DNA of 64,000 nt from Tagaea sp. (GCA_965279525.1 CBDIIB010000004.1:800001-864000); one strand, 5' to 3'. Counted from the first letter of the stretch, positions 39,846 through 51,660 are shown. The notes: generated from the sequence alone by a model not told the origin. A program made the numbers and translations.

Positions 39846-40554
39846 GCATGCCGTGCGCGGTGCGGATTTCCTGCGCGTTGGGCCGTGCGCGCAGGAAAAA
39901 GGCACGCAGGTTGCGTACCGCCGCCGGCCGCATCGCTTCGTTTCTCAGGAAGCCGCACGCGTCGAGCTCGGCTTCGAGACGCTTCAGGAACCCGTCGATC
40001 TCTTCCTTGGTCGCGGGCTCCCCGCGCCCCGTGCGCACGCGGCGCTCGGGTGTTTCGTCGTGCGCGCGCGCCCATTCCCAGCCCACGAGCAGCACGGCCT
40101 GCGCGAGATTGAGCGAGTCGAAATCCGGATTGACCGGGAACGGCACCATCGCGTCGGCGAGCGTGACCTCGTCGTTCTCCAGCCCCGTGCGCTCGGCACC
40201 GAACAGGAAACCCACGCGTTCGCCAGCGACGAGGGCGGCCCGGGTCGAGGCGATGGCGGCCTGTGGCGTCAGCACCGGCTTCACCATGTCGCGGTCGCGC
40301 GGGCATGTGGCGTAGACGCGCGTCAGGTCGGCAATGGCGCCTTCGACCTCGTCGAACAGCTTCGCGTTGGCGAGCACCGCATCGGCACCGGATGCAGCCC
40401 GGTTCGCCCGCTCGTCGGGAAACGGGCAGCGCGGGCGCACGAGGCGCAGGTCGACGAGACCGCAATTGAGCATCGCGCGCGCCGCCGTGCCGATATTCTC
40501 GGCGAGTTGCGGGCGCACGAGGATGATCGCGGGCGCGATCTCGGGCAGCGCCAT
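39769..40554 (-). CDS. trmJ: SPOUT RNA methyltransferase, TrmJ/LasT family
   Basis: [38 protein letters not shown]. Confidence 0.9.
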   Translation of the reverse strand: MALPEIAPAIILVRPQLAENIGTAARAMLNCGLVDLRLVRPRCPFPDERANRAASGADAVLANAKLFDEVEGAIADLTRVYATCPRDRDMVKPVLTPQAAIASTRAALVAGERVGFLFGAERTGLENDEVTLADAMVPFPVNPDFDSLNLAQAVLLVGWEWARAHDETPERRVRTGRGEPATKEEIDGFLKRLEAELDACGFLRNEAMRPAAVRNLRAFFLRARPNAQEIRTAHGMLTGLVERPHLAKAGKSRPGPRGRAG

Positions 40555-42164
40555 CACGCCCCCGGGGCTTGCGTGCCGTCGCGGTAGAGCTTCCAGGTGA
40601 TCGAATCGTTGAGGGCGGTGTACGAGGCGTCGATGACGTTCTCGGACACGCCGACGGTTCCCCACGTGCGGATCTCGCCGTGCGCGTGGCCATCCGCGCT
40701 TTCGATCATCACGCGCGTGACGGCGGCCGTCGCGCGCTCGGGTGCGAGGATGCGCACCTTGTAGTCGACGAGCTTCAGCTCCGCGAGTGCGGGATAGAAC
40801 GGCAGGAGTGCCGCGCGCAGCGCCCGGTCGAGTGCTTCGACAGGCCCCTTGCCTTCGCCTACCGTCAGCCGGCGTTCGGTCCCGACGTCGAGCTTCACGG
40901 TCGCTTCCGACAGCGTGACGAGCTCGCCGCGCGCGTTGAAGCGCCGCTCGGAGATGACGCGGAAGGAATGCAGGCGGAAATACTCGGGCACGCCATGCAT
41001 CAGGCGGCGGGCCAGCAGCTCGAACGAGCCGTCCGCGCCGTCGTATGTGTAGCCCTCGTGTTCGCGTGCCTTGATCTCGTCGAGCAGCTTGCCGATGACC
41101 GGGCTTTTGGCGTCGATCTCGAGACCGATGTCCTTGAAGCGCGCCAGCACGTTCGAGCGGCCCGACTGGTCGGACACGACGACATGGCGGCGGTTGCCCA
41201 CCGTCTCGGGCGGGATGTGCTCGTAGGTCTTCGGGTCCTTCTCGACGGCCGACACATGCAGGCCGCCCTTGTGCGCGAAAGCACTCTCGCCGACATAAGC
41301 AGCGTTGCGCGCCGGCGGGCGGTTGAGCCGCTCGTCGAGCAGACGCGAGATCGACGTGAGATGCGTCATCTTCTCCGCATCGATGCCGACGTCGTATCCC
41401 ATCTTGATGACGAGATTGGGGATCACCGACACGAGATTGGCGTTGCCGCAGCGCTCACCCAGCCCGTTGAGCGTGCCCTGCACCTGACGCACGCCCGCCC
41501 GCACGGCAGCCAGCGAGTTGGCGACCGCGTTCTCGGTGTCGTTGTGGCAGTGGATGCCCAAGCGGTCGCCGGGGATGGTCTTGGCGATCTCGCCGACGAT
41601 CCGCTCGATCTCGTGCGGCAGCGTTCCGCCGTTGGTGTCGCAAAGGATGATCCAGCGCGCACCCGCCGCGTGCGCCGCCTTCAGGCAGTCGAGCGCGAAG
41701 CCCGGATTGGCCTTGTAGCCGTCGAAGAAATGCTCGGCATCGAACATCGCTTCCTTGCCTCGGTTCTTCGCCTCGACAAGGCTTTCGGCGATCATGTCGA
41801 TGTTCTCGGCCTTCGAGATGCCGAGCGCCAGGTCGACATGGAAGTCCCATGTCTTGCCGACAAGGCACGCGGCCGGTGCCGGCGTGCCGAGCACGGCCGC
41901 GAGGCCGGGATCGTTGCCGGCCGAGCGGCCGCTGCGTCGCGTCATGCCGAAGGACGACACGCGCGCGTGGTTGAGCTGCGGCAGCTGCGCGAAGAACGCG
42001 TCGTCGGTGGGGTTGGCCCCCGGCCAGCCGCCTTCGACATAGTCGATGCCGATCCGGTCGAGGGCGCGCGTGATCGCGACCTTGTCGGCCACGCCGAAAT
42101 CGACACCCTGCGTCTGCGCACCGTCGCGCAGCGTTGAGTCGTACATGTAAACCCGATCGCCCAT
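40554..42164 (-). CDS. cimA: Citramalate synthase
   Basis: DSTLRDGAQ, GWPGANP, FDAEHFFDG, CDTNGG, HCHND, GERCGNANL, AHKGGLH, C-terminal allosteric domain. Confidence 0.93.
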   Translation of the reverse strand: MGDRVYMYDSTLRDGAQTQGVDFGVADKVAITRALDRIGIDYVEGGWPGANPTDDAFFAQLPQLNHARVSSFGMTRRSGRSAGNDPGLAAVLGTPAPAACLVGKTWDFHVDLALGISKAENIDMIAESLVEAKNRGKEAMFDAEHFFDGYKANPGFALDCLKAAHAAGARWIILCDTNGGTLPHEIERIVGEIAKTIPGDRLGIHCHNDTENAVANSLAAVRAGVRQVQGTLNGLGERCGNANLVSVIPNLVIKMGYDVGIDAEKMTHLTSISRLLDERLNRPPARNAAYVGESAFAHKGGLHVSAVEKDPKTYEHIPPETVGNRRHVVVSDQSGRSNVLARFKDIGLEIDAKSPVIGKLLDEIKAREHEGYTYDGADGSFELLARRLMHGVPEYFRLHSFRVISERRFNARGELVTLSEATVKLDVGTERRLTVGEGKGPVEALDRALRAALLPFYPALAELKLVDYKVRILAPERATAAVTRVMIESADGHAHGEIRTWGTVGVSENVIDASYTALNDSITWKLYRDGTQAPGA

Positions 42165-42165
42165 C

Positions 42166-43530
42166 TTACCCGCCCCGCTTCCAAGTCGTTCCCTTCGGGC
42201 CATCCTCGAGGACGACCCCCTTCGCCTTCAGATCGTTTCTAATTCGATCTGCTTCGGCGAAATCCCGGGACTTGCGCGCGGCAAGGCGTGCTTCGATGGC
42301 CGCTTCGATATCGGCATCGCTCGGGCCCGCACCGGCCACTTGCTTGAACCAGACTTCGGGGTCCCACTGCAACAGGCCCAGCAATCGGCCCGCGTCGAGC
42401 AACGCCGCCTTGGCATCGGGCGAACGCGTCGTGTTGAGCTGGCGGGCGATTTCGTGCATTTCCGCCAGCGCCTTGGCGGTGTTGAGGTCGTCGCCAAGTG
42501 CAGCCAGAACCGTGTCGGCCTTGGCGGCCGACGGCGCCACATCCGCGCTCGCGCGAAGCGCCGTATAGAAGCGGTCGAGGTCGCCCTTGGCCTCGCGCAG
42601 TCCGTCTTCGGTGAAATCCAGCGGTGCGCGGTAATGCGTCTTCAGCAGCAGGAGGCGGATCGCCTCGCCGGGCCATTTGGCCAGCAGGTCGCGCACCGTG
42701 AAGAAATTACCGAGACTCTTCGACATCTTCTCGCCGTTCACGACGAGGAAACCGTTATGCATCCAGTACTTCGAGAACTGGACGCCGCCATGCGCACAGA
42801 CGGACTGCGCGACCTCGTTCTCGTGATGCGGGAACAGCAGGTCCTGCCCGCCGCCGTGGATGTCGATGGTCAGGGTCTTGAACACGTCCTTGGCCATCGC
42901 CGAGCATTCGATGTGCCAGCCCGGTCGGCCGCGGCCCCACTTGCTGTCCCAGCCCGGCTGCTCCGGCGTCGAGGGCTTCCACAGCACGAAATCGCCCGGG
43001 TCCTTCTTGAAGGGGGCGACCTCGACGCGGCTGCCTGCGATCTGCTCGTCGCGCGAACGGCCCGAGAGCTTGCCGTAATCGGCAAAGCTCGTCACGTCGA
43101 ACAGCACATGGCCTTGCGCCGCATAGGCATGGCCCTTGTCGACGAGCGTGCCGATCATCTCCAGCATCTGGGGCACGGTGCGCGTGCAGCGTGGCTCGAC
43201 ATCCGGCGACAAGGCACCCACCGCCGCCATGTCGGCGTGGTAGGCGGCGATCGTCTCTTCGGTGATCGTGTCGATATGCACGCCGCGCTGCAGGGCGCGC
43301 TCGATGATCTTGTCGTCGATGTCGGTGATGTTGCGCGCGTAGGTGACGCGCGGATAGAGGCGCTTCAGCACGCGGTAGAGCGTGTCGAACACCACGACGG
43401 GCCGCGCGTTGCCGATGTGTGCGGTGTCATAGACCGTCGGCCCGCATACGTACATGCGCACGTGGCCGGGATCGAGCGGCTCGAACCGCTCTTTCCTGCG
43501 CGACATCGAATTGTGGACGTGGAGTTCCAT
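42166..43530 (-). CDS. cysS: Cysteine--tRNA ligase
   Basis: YVCGPTVY, HIGN, GRPGWHIECSAM, HHENE, KMSKSLGN. Confidence 0.98.
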   Translation of the reverse strand: MELHVHNSMSRRKERFEPLDPGHVRMYVCGPTVYDTAHIGNARPVVVFDTLYRVLKRLYPRVTYARNITDIDDKIIERALQRGVHIDTITEETIAAYHADMAAVGALSPDVEPRCTRTVPQMLEMIGTLVDKGHAYAAQGHVLFDVTSFADYGKLSGRSRDEQIAGSRVEVAPFKKDPGDFVLWKPSTPEQPGWDSKWGRGRPGWHIECSAMAKDVFKTLTIDIHGGGQDLLFPHHENEVAQSVCAHGGVQFSKYWMHNGFLVVNGEKMSKSLGNFFTVRDLLAKWPGEAIRLLLLKTHYRAPLDFTEDGLREAKGDLDRFYTALRASADVAPSAAKADTVLAALGDDLNTAKALAEMHEIARQLNTTRSPDAKAALLDAGRLLGLLQWDPEVWFKQVAGAGPSDADIEAAIEARLAARKSRDFAEADRIRNDLKAKGVVLEDGPKGTTWKRGG

Positions 43531-44864
43531 CAAGCGACCTTGCCTTCGAGGCGCGCGAGGGTACGCGATCTTCCCAGCATCGGCAGCAGCGATTTCATCT
43601 CCGGCCCGTGCTCGCGCGCCGTCAGCGCCAGACGCAGCGGCAAGAACAGCTCCTTGCCCTTGCGGCCGGTAGCCGCCCCAAGCGCCTTGGTCCAGCCGCC
43701 CCAAGTCTCCGACGTCCAGGGTTCCGGCGGCAGCAGGCCTGCGGCCTGCGACAGGAACGCCACATCACCCGCGACGGGCACGACCGGCTCGCGGCACAGC
43801 GCCCACCAGTCGGCCGCATCCACGACCCGGTTCAGGTTCGGGCGCACCGTCTCCCAAAAGGCGGTGTCGGCGCCGACCGGCAGGCGAGCGGCGACCGCAT
43901 CGAACGAAAGCTGGTGCACGATCTTGGCGTTGAGCCGGACGATGTCTTCGGGATCGAGCTTCGGCGAGGAGCGGCTGAAGCGTGCGAAGCCGAAACCGGG
44001 AACGAGGTCGGCAAGTGCGGTCTTCGGCTCGACCGGATCGGCCGTGCCCAAGCGCGCGATCAGCGAGGCGATGGCGACCGGCTCGATCCCGTCGGCGCGC
44101 AGGTTCGCGATCGACAGCGAGCCGATGCGCTTGGAAAGACTGTGCCCGCCCGCATCCGCGATCAGAGGGAAATGCGCGAAAGCCGGCATCTGGGTGTCGC
44201 TGGCGAGTGCCGCGAAGATCTGGATCTGGACAGCCGTGTTGGTGACGTGATCCTCGCCACGAATGACGTGGCTGACGCCAAGCTCGATGTCGTCGACGAC
44301 CGAGGCGAGCGTATAGGTCGGCGAACCGTCGGCACGCACCAGCACGGGGTCGGAGACCTTGCTGGCGTGATAGCCGCACTGCCCGCGGATGCGGTCCTCC
44401 CACCCCGTCTCGACATAGTCGAGCATGAACCGCCAGTGCGGCTGCCGCCCCTCGGCCTCGTAGGCCTTCTTCTGGGCGGCCGACAGGCGCAGGGCGGCGC
44501 GGTCGTAGACCTGCACGCCGCCATCCGCGACCTGCCCGAAACGGCGCAGCTTCAGTTCCTCGGGCGTCTCGTAGCAGGCGTAGAGGCGCCCCATCTCCTT
44601 CAGGGCCTCGGCGGCGGCCGCATAGCGGTCGAGCCGGTCGGACTGGCGCGCGAACTCGTCCCAGTCGAGACCGAGCCAGCGCAGGTCTTCCTCGATCGCG
44701 GCGGCGAATTCGGGCGTGGAACGCTCGCGGTCGGTGTCGTCCAGGCGCAGCAGGAACACGCCGCCGTTCTTGCGCGCGAACAGCCAGTTCAGCAGGGCCG
44801 CGCGCACGTTGCCCAGATGCAGGCGCCCGGTCGGCGACGGAGCGAAGCGCACGCGCACCGACAT
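43530..44864 (-). CDS. gltX: Glutamate--tRNA ligase
   Basis: [35 protein letters not shown]. Confidence 0.95.
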   Translation of the reverse strand: MSVRVRFAPSPTGRLHLGNVRAALLNWLFARKNGGVFLLRLDDTDRERSTPEFAAAIEEDLRWLGLDWDEFARQSDRLDRYAAAAEALKEMGRLYACYETPEELKLRRFGQVADGGVQVYDRAALRLSAAQKKAYEAEGRQPHWRFMLDYVETGWEDRIRGQCGYHASKVSDPVLVRADGSPTYTLASVVDDIELGVSHVIRGEDHVTNTAVQIQIFAALASDTQMPAFAHFPLIADAGGHSLSKRIGSLSIANLRADGIEPVAIASLIARLGTADPVEPKTALADLVPGFGFARFSRSSPKLDPEDIVRLNAKIVHQLSFDAVAARLPVGADTAFWETVRPNLNRVVDAADWWALCREPVVPVAGDVAFLSQAAGLLPPEPWTSETWGGWTKALGAATGRKGKELFLPLRLALTAREHGPEMKSLLPMLGRSRTLARLEGKVA

Positions 44865-44865
44865 G

Positions 44866-46524
44866 TCAGCCCCGGAACCCGTTCGTGATCGGATAGCGCC
44901 GCTCGCGGCCGAAGGAGCGGCTGGTGATCTTGACGCCCGGCGGCGCCTGCCGGCGCTTGTACTCCGACAGGTCGAGCATGCGCCAGATGCGGCGCACGTC
45001 CGCTTCGGCAAAGCCCTTCGCGACGATCTCCTCGACCGTGCGCTCGTGCTCGACCAGTTCGCGCAGGATCGCGTCGAGCTGCACATAGGGGCCGAGCGAA
45101 GCCTCGTCGGTCTGGCCCTCGCGCAGTTCGGCCGTCGGCGGCTTGGTGATGACGCGTTCGGGCATCACCGGCCGGCGCGGATCGAGCGAACCCGCCGGCA
45201 CGTGCTCGTTGCGCCAGCGGCAGAGCTCGAACACCGTCGTCTTCCAGACATCCTTCAGCACGGCGAAGCCGCCGCACATGTCGCCATAGAGCGTGGCGTA
45301 GCCCGCACTCATCTCGCTCTTGTTGCCCGTCGACACGACCATGTGGCCGAACTTGTTCGACAGCGCCATCAGCGTGAGACCGCGGCAGCGCGACTGGATG
45401 TTCTCTTCCGTGATGTCCGCTTTGGCACCCGAGAACTGCGGGGCCAGCATCGCGCCGAACGCGGCGACTGCCGGCTCGATGCCGATCTCGTCGAGCCGGA
45501 TGCCCAGCAGATGCGCGCATTCGGCTGCGTCGTCGAGGCTGTCGCGGCTGGTGAAGCGCGAGGGCATCATCACCGCATGCACGCGCGCCGGACCGAGCGC
45601 GTCGGCCGCCAGTGCCGCCGTCAGGGCCGAATCGATGCCGCCGGACAGGCCGAGGATCACCCCCTTGAACCTGTTCTTGTCGACATAGTCGCGCAAGCCC
45701 AGCATCAGCGCCGAATAGATCTCGGCTAGCGGCTCCAGCGGGGCCGCCACGCGGCCCTTGGTGCAGGCAAGCGCACCCTTCGCATCGCGCGTCCAGACCG
45801 AGACCGCCATGTCGTTGGCGAACGCGTCGAGTTGGACGGCCAGCGACCGGTCGACATTGAGCGCGAAGGAAGATCCGTCGAACACGAGTTCGTCCTGCCC
45901 GCCGACCTGGTTCACGTAGACAAGCGGCAGTCCGGTTTCGGCAATGCGCGCGAGGGCCAGCTGCACGCGCCGGTCGCGCTTGTCGGTCTCGAACGGGCTG
46001 CCGTTGGGCACGACGAGGATCTCGGCCCCGCTTTCGACGAGGCACTCGGCCACGTCCGCGAACCACATGTCCTCGCAGATCATCAACCCCAGCCGCACGC
46101 CGCGGAAGGCGACCGGCCCCGGCAGCGGGCCGGGCACGAACACGCGCTTCTCGTCGAACACGCCGTAGTTCGGCAGGTGGTGCTTGAAGCGGACGGTCTG
46201 GATCTTTCCGCCGTCGAGCACGCAGGCGGCGTTGTAGAGCAGGCCGGCTTCGATCCACGGCGTGCCGACGATGAGACCCGGTCCGCCGTCGGCGGTGTCG
46301 GCGGCAAGCGCTTCGACCGCCGCGCGGCATGCGGCCTGGAAGGCGGGCTTCAGGACCAGATCTTCCGGCGGATAGCCCGAGACGACGAGCTCGGGCAGAA
46401 GGACGAGTCCGGCTCCTGCCGCGGCGGCCTGCGCGCGCGCGGCCCGGATCTTGGCCAGATTGCCGGCGATGTCGCCGACGGTCGGATCGATCTGGGCGAG
46501 TGCGAGGGCGAGCGCCGTCGTCAA
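44866..46524 (-). CDS. nadE: Glutamine-dependent NAD+ synthetase
   Basis: Nitrilase domain ([26 protein letters not shown]) plus synthetase domain ([21 protein letters not shown]); TTG start. Confidence 0.96.
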   Translation of the reverse strand: MTTALALALAQIDPTVGDIAGNLAKIRAARAQAAAAGAGLVLLPELVVSGYPPEDLVLKPAFQAACRAAVEALAADTADGGPGLIVGTPWIEAGLLYNAACVLDGGKIQTVRFKHHLPNYGVFDEKRVFVPGPLPGPVAFRGVRLGLMICEDMWFADVAECLVESGAEILVVPNGSPFETDKRDRRVQLALARIAETGLPLVYVNQVGGQDELVFDGSSFALNVDRSLAVQLDAFANDMAVSVWTRDAKGALACTKGRVAAPLEPLAEIYSALMLGLRDYVDKNRFKGVILGLSGGIDSALTAALAADALGPARVHAVMMPSRFTSRDSLDDAAECAHLLGIRLDEIGIEPAVAAFGAMLAPQFSGAKADITEENIQSRCRGLTLMALSNKFGHMVVSTGNKSEMSAGYATLYGDMCGGFAVLKDVWKTTVFELCRWRNEHVPAGSLDPRRPVMPERVITKPPTAELREGQTDEASLGPYVQLDAILRELVEHERTVEEIVAKGFAEADVRRIWRMLDLSEYKRRQAPPGVKITSRSFGRERRYPITNGFRG

Positions 46525-47042
46525 TGCTTTTCCCCGCCGTCGTTCTTATGCCCGACCATCTTGTCGAGATAGGCGAGCATCAGCGCCGACGCGATGAACG
46601 TGACGTGGATCGCGATCAGCATCACGAGCTTGTCGTTGGGGATCTCGTTGACGTCGAGGAACGCCTTTAGGAGATGGATCGACGAAATCGCGACGATCGA
46701 CGAGGCGAGCTTGATCTTGAGCGAGCCCGCGTCGAGCTTGCCGAACCAGGAGAGCTTGTCCTCCGCCTCGCCGAGATCGAGGCGGCTGACGAAATTCTCG
46801 TAGCCGGAGATCACGACCATGACGATCAGGTTCGCGACCATGACCACGTCGACGAGCGTCAGCACCGCGAGCACGACCTTGGACTCGCCCATCGACCAGA
46901 TGTCCGTCGACAGATGGACGAGTTCGAGAATGAACTTGACCGACAGCATCACCAGCACGGCGACCAGCCCCAGATAAAGCGGCACCTGGAACCAGCGGCT
47001 CGAGAAAATCACCTTTTCGATTGCACGTTCGACCGGATTCAT
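46521..47042 (-). CDS. TIGR00645/UPF0114 (YqhA) family membrane protein
   Basis: SRWFQVPLYLGL, GYENFVSRL, LKIKLASSIVAISSIHLL. Confidence 0.92.
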   Translation of the reverse strand: MNPVERAIEKVIFSSRWFQVPLYLGLVAVLVMLSVKFILELVHLSTDIWSMGESKVVLAVLTLVDVVMVANLIVMVVISGYENFVSRLDLGEAEDKLSWFGKLDAGSLKIKLASSIVAISSIHLLKAFLDVNEIPNDKLVMLIAIHVTFIASALMLAYLDKMVGHKNDGGEKH

Positions 47043-48121
47043 CGTTTTCCCCGCATGGATTCAAGGACTGCTTCGGCCTGTTCGACCGTTTCGGCGACGA
47101 TCTGCGCGGCCGGGCGGACCGTCGCCATGCGCGCACCCTGCCCGGCCCACATCACCATCAGATCCGTATTGCCCTGCTTGGCCGCTTCCGCGCGCAGTTG
47201 CGTGGTCAAAGCGTTGGTCACGGGATAGGCGGGCATCTCGGCCGCGTGCGGCGCCATCTCCTCGATATAGCGCGTGCGCAAGCCGCGCGCGTGCCGGCCG
47301 GAGACGGCACGCGTGACGGTCGTGCCCGTGTCTTCGATCCGGCCCAGCATTTCCTTGTGCAGCGAGTGAGTGCCGGCTTCGGGTGCCGCGAGGAACGCCG
47401 TCCCCATCGCGGCGGCCGAAGCGCCCAGCGAAAGGGCGGCCGCAAGCCCGCGCCCGTCCATGATGCCGCCGGCCGCGATGACAGGTATTTTCACGGCATC
47501 GACGATCTGCGGGACCAGCACCATCGTGCCGATCAGCGAATCGTCGAAGGACCCGATGAACGTGCCGCGATGTCCGCCGGCTTCGGCACCTTGCGCGAGA
47601 ATCGCGTCCACGCCATGGGATTCCAGCGTGCGCGCTTCGGCCACATTGGTCGCCGTGCCGATCACGAACACGCCGCGCGCCTTGAGTGCTGCGGTCTTGC
47701 GCGCCCCGATGGCGCCGAACGTGCTGCTGAACACCGGCGGCGCGAGATCGAGCACGGTCTCGAACTGCGCCTCGAAATCCTCGGACCATTTGGCCGGCGG
47801 TGCGGCGTTCGTCTCCATGCCGAGCTCGAGCCGGTACTTGGCAAGCAGCGCATTGGCGAAAGCGACTTCCGAGGGCTTGGCTTCGGCCGGTGCCAGAACG
47901 AATAGATTGACCGCGAACGGCTTTTCCGTAGCCGCCCGGATCGCGGCGACCTCGCGGCGGATCGCGGCAGGTGCGGTCGTGGCGGCGGCGAACGAGCCGA
48001 GGCCGCCGGCATTCGAGACGGCAGCGACCAGCTCGGGCGTGGTCATGCCGCCGGCCATCGGTGCCTGCACGACCGGATGGACGAGGCCAAGAAGCTGCGT
48101 CAGGCGCGTCGCCAGTGCCAT
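47039..48121 (-). CDS. Nitronate monooxygenase family protein
   Basis: PVVQAPMAGG, AQGAEAGGHRG, PVIAAGGIMDG, MWAGQG. Confidence 0.92.
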   Translation of the reverse strand: MALATRLTQLLGLVHPVVQAPMAGGMTTPELVAAVSNAGGLGSFAAATTAPAAIRREVAAIRAATEKPFAVNLFVLAPAEAKPSEVAFANALLAKYRLELGMETNAAPPAKWSEDFEAQFETVLDLAPPVFSSTFGAIGARKTAALKARGVFVIGTATNVAEARTLESHGVDAILAQGAEAGGHRGTFIGSFDDSLIGTMVLVPQIVDAVKIPVIAAGGIMDGRGLAAALSLGASAAAMGTAFLAAPEAGTHSLHKEMLGRIEDTGTTVTRAVSGRHARGLRTRYIEEMAPHAAEMPAYPVTNALTTQLRAEAAKQGNTDLMVMWAGQGARMATVRPAAQIVAETVEQAEAVLESMRGKR

Positions 48122-48127
48122 CGTCGT

Positions 48128-49297
48128 TCAGCCCGGCTTGCGCAGCAGGAACTCGCGGCCGACCTTGACCGACGGGCGGCCGTCATATTCGACGATGTCG
48201 GCCGTGGCGTAGGTCTCGGTCCACACTTCCGGCAGGTACGAGCCCGTCCCGACCGTGTCGATCGGCGCGTTGGCGACGGCCATCGTCTTGCACTTGGCCG
48301 GCGTGAAACCGGACGACGCGACGATGCGCACCTTGGCGAAACCCGCCTGGTCGAGCGCTTCGCGCATGTGCCAGATCGCCGCGGCCGAAACGCCCGTACC
48401 CGTCAGGTAGCGCAGTTCCTGTTCGGTCCGGTATCCGCGAAGCGACAGCGGCGCATTGCGCTCCAGCACGTCGTAGGATTTGGCGAGATCGAGACCCTCG
48501 ATGTAGCGCCCGCCGTGCGTGTCGAGGCGCATGGCAAGTCGGCCGGACTGCGCCACGTCGGGAAAGCGGCGGCACACCTCGAGCGAGTCCGTCACTTCGC
48601 GGCCGAAATAATCGACCAGAACCGTGGCGTTCTCGGTCGCGAACACCTCGAGCAGCATCTCGGCGGCGCGCAGCGTCGATCCGGCATAGCCGATGAGTGC
48701 GTGCGGCATCGTGCCGTAGCCGGCCTTCTGCCCGAAATAGTGCGCGGTCGCGTCGGTGGCATTGCCGATGAACCCTTTGGCGCCAACTTCGCGGCGCGCA
48801 GCCTGCGAGCCGACCGACGCGGCGTAGGCCATCATCTCGGCCATCTCCGACCCGGCGCAGTGGCGCGCGTCCATCGCGAGGAATTCGGTGCGCGGCAGGT
48901 CGACGCACATCGTGTAGGCGTTGTAGGCCGCCACGCAGGCGGGGCCGAGCTTCTGCAGATAGAGCGTCTCGAGATCGACGAGATGGAACAGCGAACCGGA
49001 GATGTACATCAACGGATCGCCGGCACCCGTCCATTCGCCTTCCTTGTGGCGAAGGTCGATGTCGAACTTGGTGCCGCGCGCGAGTGCGATGCGCTCGAGC
49101 CATTCGACTGCCAGGCGCGGGGCCGACACGACCGGGCGGCGCATGAACACCGCATAGGTCACCCGCTTGTCGCCGAAACGGCCGACCGCCGCCTTCGTCT
49201 TGTTGAAGTAGTGGTCGGTCAGGCGCGCGACGGCGCCTTCGTCCGGGATGCGGCCGAGCTGGCTGGGTTCTGGATCGGATGCGCGTCCGTCGGCCAT
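48128..49297 (-). CDS. pncB: Nicotinate phosphoribosyltransferase family protein
   Basis: TDHYF, LETLYL, MDARH, GTMPHALI, LVDY, RLDTHG, ASSGF; lies upstream of nadE. Confidence 0.8.
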   Translation of the reverse strand: MADGRASDPEPSQLGRIPDEGAVARLTDHYFNKTKAAVGRFGDKRVTYAVFMRRPVVSAPRLAVEWLERIALARGTKFDIDLRHKEGEWTGAGDPLMYISGSLFHLVDLETLYLQKLGPACVAAYNAYTMCVDLPRTEFLAMDARHCAGSEMAEMMAYAASVGSQAARREVGAKGFIGNATDATAHYFGQKAGYGTMPHALIGYAGSTLRAAEMLLEVFATENATVLVDYFGREVTDSLEVCRRFPDVAQSGRLAMRLDTHGGRYIEGLDLAKSYDVLERNAPLSLRGYRTEQELRYLTGTGVSAAAIWHMREALDQAGFAKVRIVASSGFTPAKCKTMAVANAPIDTVGTGSYLPEVWTETYATADIVEYDGRPSVKVGREFLLRKPG

Positions 49298-49335
49298 TGC
49301 GGGCCCTTTCCTTGGCGCCGGCGACCGGCAGCTGC

Positions 49336-50724
49336 TCAGTCGTCGTCGCCGACGGCGCGCAGACGCGAATCATCGACGCGCTGGGCGCGCAGCTTCTCGG
49401 CGATCAGGAAGGCGAGCTCGAGCGCTTGCGTGCCGTTGAGGCGCGGGTCGCAGTGCGTGTGGTAGCGATCGCCCAGTGCGGCATCCTGGATGGCCTCGGC
49501 ACCGCCCGTGCACTCCGTCACGTTCTGGCCGGTCATCTCGAAATGCACGCCGCCGGCATAGACGTTCTCGGCCCGGCACACGTCGAAGAAGCCGCGCATC
49601 TCGGCAAGGATGCGGTCGAAGGGCCGCGTCTTGTAGCCCGACGCCGACTTGATCGTGTTGCCGTGCATGGGATCGCAGCTCCACACGACCTTGCGGCCTT
49701 CGCGCGCGACCTTGCGCACGAGAGGCGGAAGCTTGGCAGCGACCTTGTCGTCGCCCATGCGCGCGATCAGCGTCAGGCGGCCGGGCTCGTTGTCGGGGTT
49801 GAGCGCGTCGATCAGGCGGATCAGCTCGTCCGGATCGCTGGTCGGCCCGCACTTGAGGCCGATCGGATTCTTGATGCCGCGGCAGAACTCCACGTGCGCG
49901 CCGTCGAGCTGGCGCGTGCGGTCGCCGATCCACACCATGTGGGCCGAGCAGTCGTACCAGTCGCCCGACGTACTGTCGACGCGGGTCAGGCACTCCTCGT
50001 AGGGCAGCAGCAGCGCCTCATGGCTCGTGAAGAACGACGCCTCGTGGATCTGCGGCACGGCTTCGGGCGTGATGCCGCAGGCCGACATGAACTGGAGCGA
50101 GTCCGAGATGCGGTCGGCAAGCTCGCGGAACTTCTCGCCCGCCGGGCTGCGGTCGACGAAGCCGAGCGTCCAGCCATGTACGCGATGGAGATCGGCGTAG
50201 CCGCCACGCGAGAAAGCGCGCAGCAGGTTGAGCGTGGCGGCCGACTGCGAATAGACGTTCAGCATGCGCTCGGGCGACGGCGCGCGTGCGGCCGCGTCGA
50301 ACTCGATGCCGTTGATGATGTCGCCGCGATAGGTGGGCAGCGTGACGCCGCCGACCGTCTCGTCGTCGGACGAGCGCGGCTTGGCGAACTGGCCCGCCAT
50401 GCGGCCGACTTTAACGACCGGTAGCCCGCCGGCATACATCAGGACGACGGTCATCTGCAGGATGACCTTGAACGTGTCGCGGATGTTGTTGGCCGTGAAC
50501 TCGGCGAAGCTCTCGGCGCAGTCGCCACCCTGGAGGAGAACGGCCTTTCCTTCGGCAACGCGCGCGAGCTGGGCCTTGAGATCGCGCGCCTCGCCTGCAA
50601 AAACGAGCGGCGGGTAGGACGCGAGCTTCTTCTCGACCGACGCCAGCTGGGCGGCATCGGGATAAGTTGGCATCTGGCGCGCAGGACGGTTGCGCCAGCT
50701 GTCGGGCGTCCATTTGGCAGGCAT
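49336..50724 (-). CDS. Class II 3-deoxy-7-phosphoheptulonate (DAHP) synthase
   Basis: [51 protein letters not shown]. Confidence 0.97.
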   Translation of the reverse strand: MPAKWTPDSWRNRPARQMPTYPDAAQLASVEKKLASYPPLVFAGEARDLKAQLARVAEGKAVLLQGGDCAESFAEFTANNIRDTFKVILQMTVVLMYAGGLPVVKVGRMAGQFAKPRSSDDETVGGVTLPTYRGDIINGIEFDAAARAPSPERMLNVYSQSAATLNLLRAFSRGGYADLHRVHGWTLGFVDRSPAGEKFRELADRISDSLQFMSACGITPEAVPQIHEASFFTSHEALLLPYEECLTRVDSTSGDWYDCSAHMVWIGDRTRQLDGAHVEFCRGIKNPIGLKCGPTSDPDELIRLIDALNPDNEPGRLTLIARMGDDKVAAKLPPLVRKVAREGRKVVWSCDPMHGNTIKSASGYKTRPFDRILAEMRGFFDVCRAENVYAGGVHFEMTGQNVTECTGGAEAIQDAALGDRYHTHCDPRLNGTQALELAFLIAEKLRAQRVDDSRLRAVGDDD

Positions 50725-50744
50725 GTTTGTCCCCAAATTCGAGT

Positions 50745-50753
50745 TGTGGATAA
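50745..50753. promoter_or_regulatory. DnaA box (TGTGGATAA = TTATCCACA)
   Basis: Exact match to the canonical 9-mer in the divergent DAHP synthase/ydcF promoter region. Confidence 0.45.
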
Positions 50754-50850
50754 ACTATAGAGCCGACTTCGCATGTGCAACCGATGAGAATTCAATCGAC
50801 AAATCAGCCGGTTGACCGGCACTCTTCTGACGCACACAAGGAAGTCGGCC

Positions 50851-51660
50851 ATGTTGCAGGACCTGCTCTTCGTCGTCTCGAAACTGCTCGGTCCGCTGCT
50901 CAACCCGCAGGTCGGGCTCTATTACGCAATCGTCGTCGCAGTCGTGCTGCTGTTCACGCCGTGGGCGCGCGCCGGGCGGCGGCTCGCACTCGCGACCTTG
51001 CTGGCTGCGGGGATCCTCGGCAGCTCGCCGCTCGGCGACTGGGCGCTGCACACACTCGAGGAGCGCTTCCCACCGCCGCCCGCCCTGCCCGAGCGGGTCG
51101 ACGGCATCGTCGTGCTCGGCGGCGACGCCGACAACGCGATGCTCCGCGTGCGGCCCTACTCGCCCGGCCAAATCCCGCCGCGCCAGCTTGCGTTCGCCGA
51201 CCTCGCGCGGCGATGGCCGGACGCGAAGCTCGTCTACTCCGGCGGCTCGGGCAAGCTTGGCGTGCCGGAGGAGACGGACGCGGGCGGCGCAAAGGTGCTG
51301 CTGCCGATGCTCGGCCTCGATCCCGCGCGCGTGCTGTTCGAGGACCGATCGCGCAACACGCACGAGAACGCGGTCCTTTCGTACGCGCTCGCGATGCCGA
51401 AAGACGGCGAGACCTGGCTGCTCGTCACCTCGGCCCGCCACATGCCGCGCGCGATGGGCAGCTTCCGGCAAGCCGGATGGCGCATGATGACCGCTTTTCC
51501 GACCGGCTACGCCACGCCGCCGGCGATGGAGTACGCATGGAGCTGGCCGTCGACCTTTTCGAACGACATCGGCTGGCTGTCGATGGCAATCTCCGAGTTC
51601 GCCGGCCTCGCCTACTATTATCTGCTCGGCCGCACCGACGCGCTGTTCCCGGCACCGTAG
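50851..51660 (+). CDS. YdcF/ElyC (DUF218) family membrane protein
   Basis: GIVVLGG, YSGGSG, EDRSRNTHENA, LLVTSARHMPRA. Confidence 0.92.
   Translation: MLQDLLFVVSKLLGPLLNPQVGLYYAIVVAVVLLFTPWARAGRRLALATLLAAGILGSSPLGDWALHTLEERFPPPPALPERVDGIVVLGGDADNAMLRVRPYSPGQIPPRQLAFADLARRWPDAKLVYSGGSGKLGVPEETDAGGAKVLLPMLGLDPARVLFEDRSRNTHENAVLSYALAMPKDGETWLLVTSARHMPRAMGSFRQAGWRMMTAFPTGYATPPAMEYAWSWPSTFSNDIGWLSMAISEFAGLAYYYLLGRTDALFPAP

Noticed and set aside
37842-39905. 893-aa ORF extending rpsD
   Set aside because: It is antisense to the adenylate cyclase and crosses the rpsD promoter. S4 begins at MSKRQ (37841).
50737-50850. Chromosomal replication origin
   Set aside because: Only one perfect DnaA box in a short gap, with no AT-rich unwinding element and no dnaA/hemE/parAB context.
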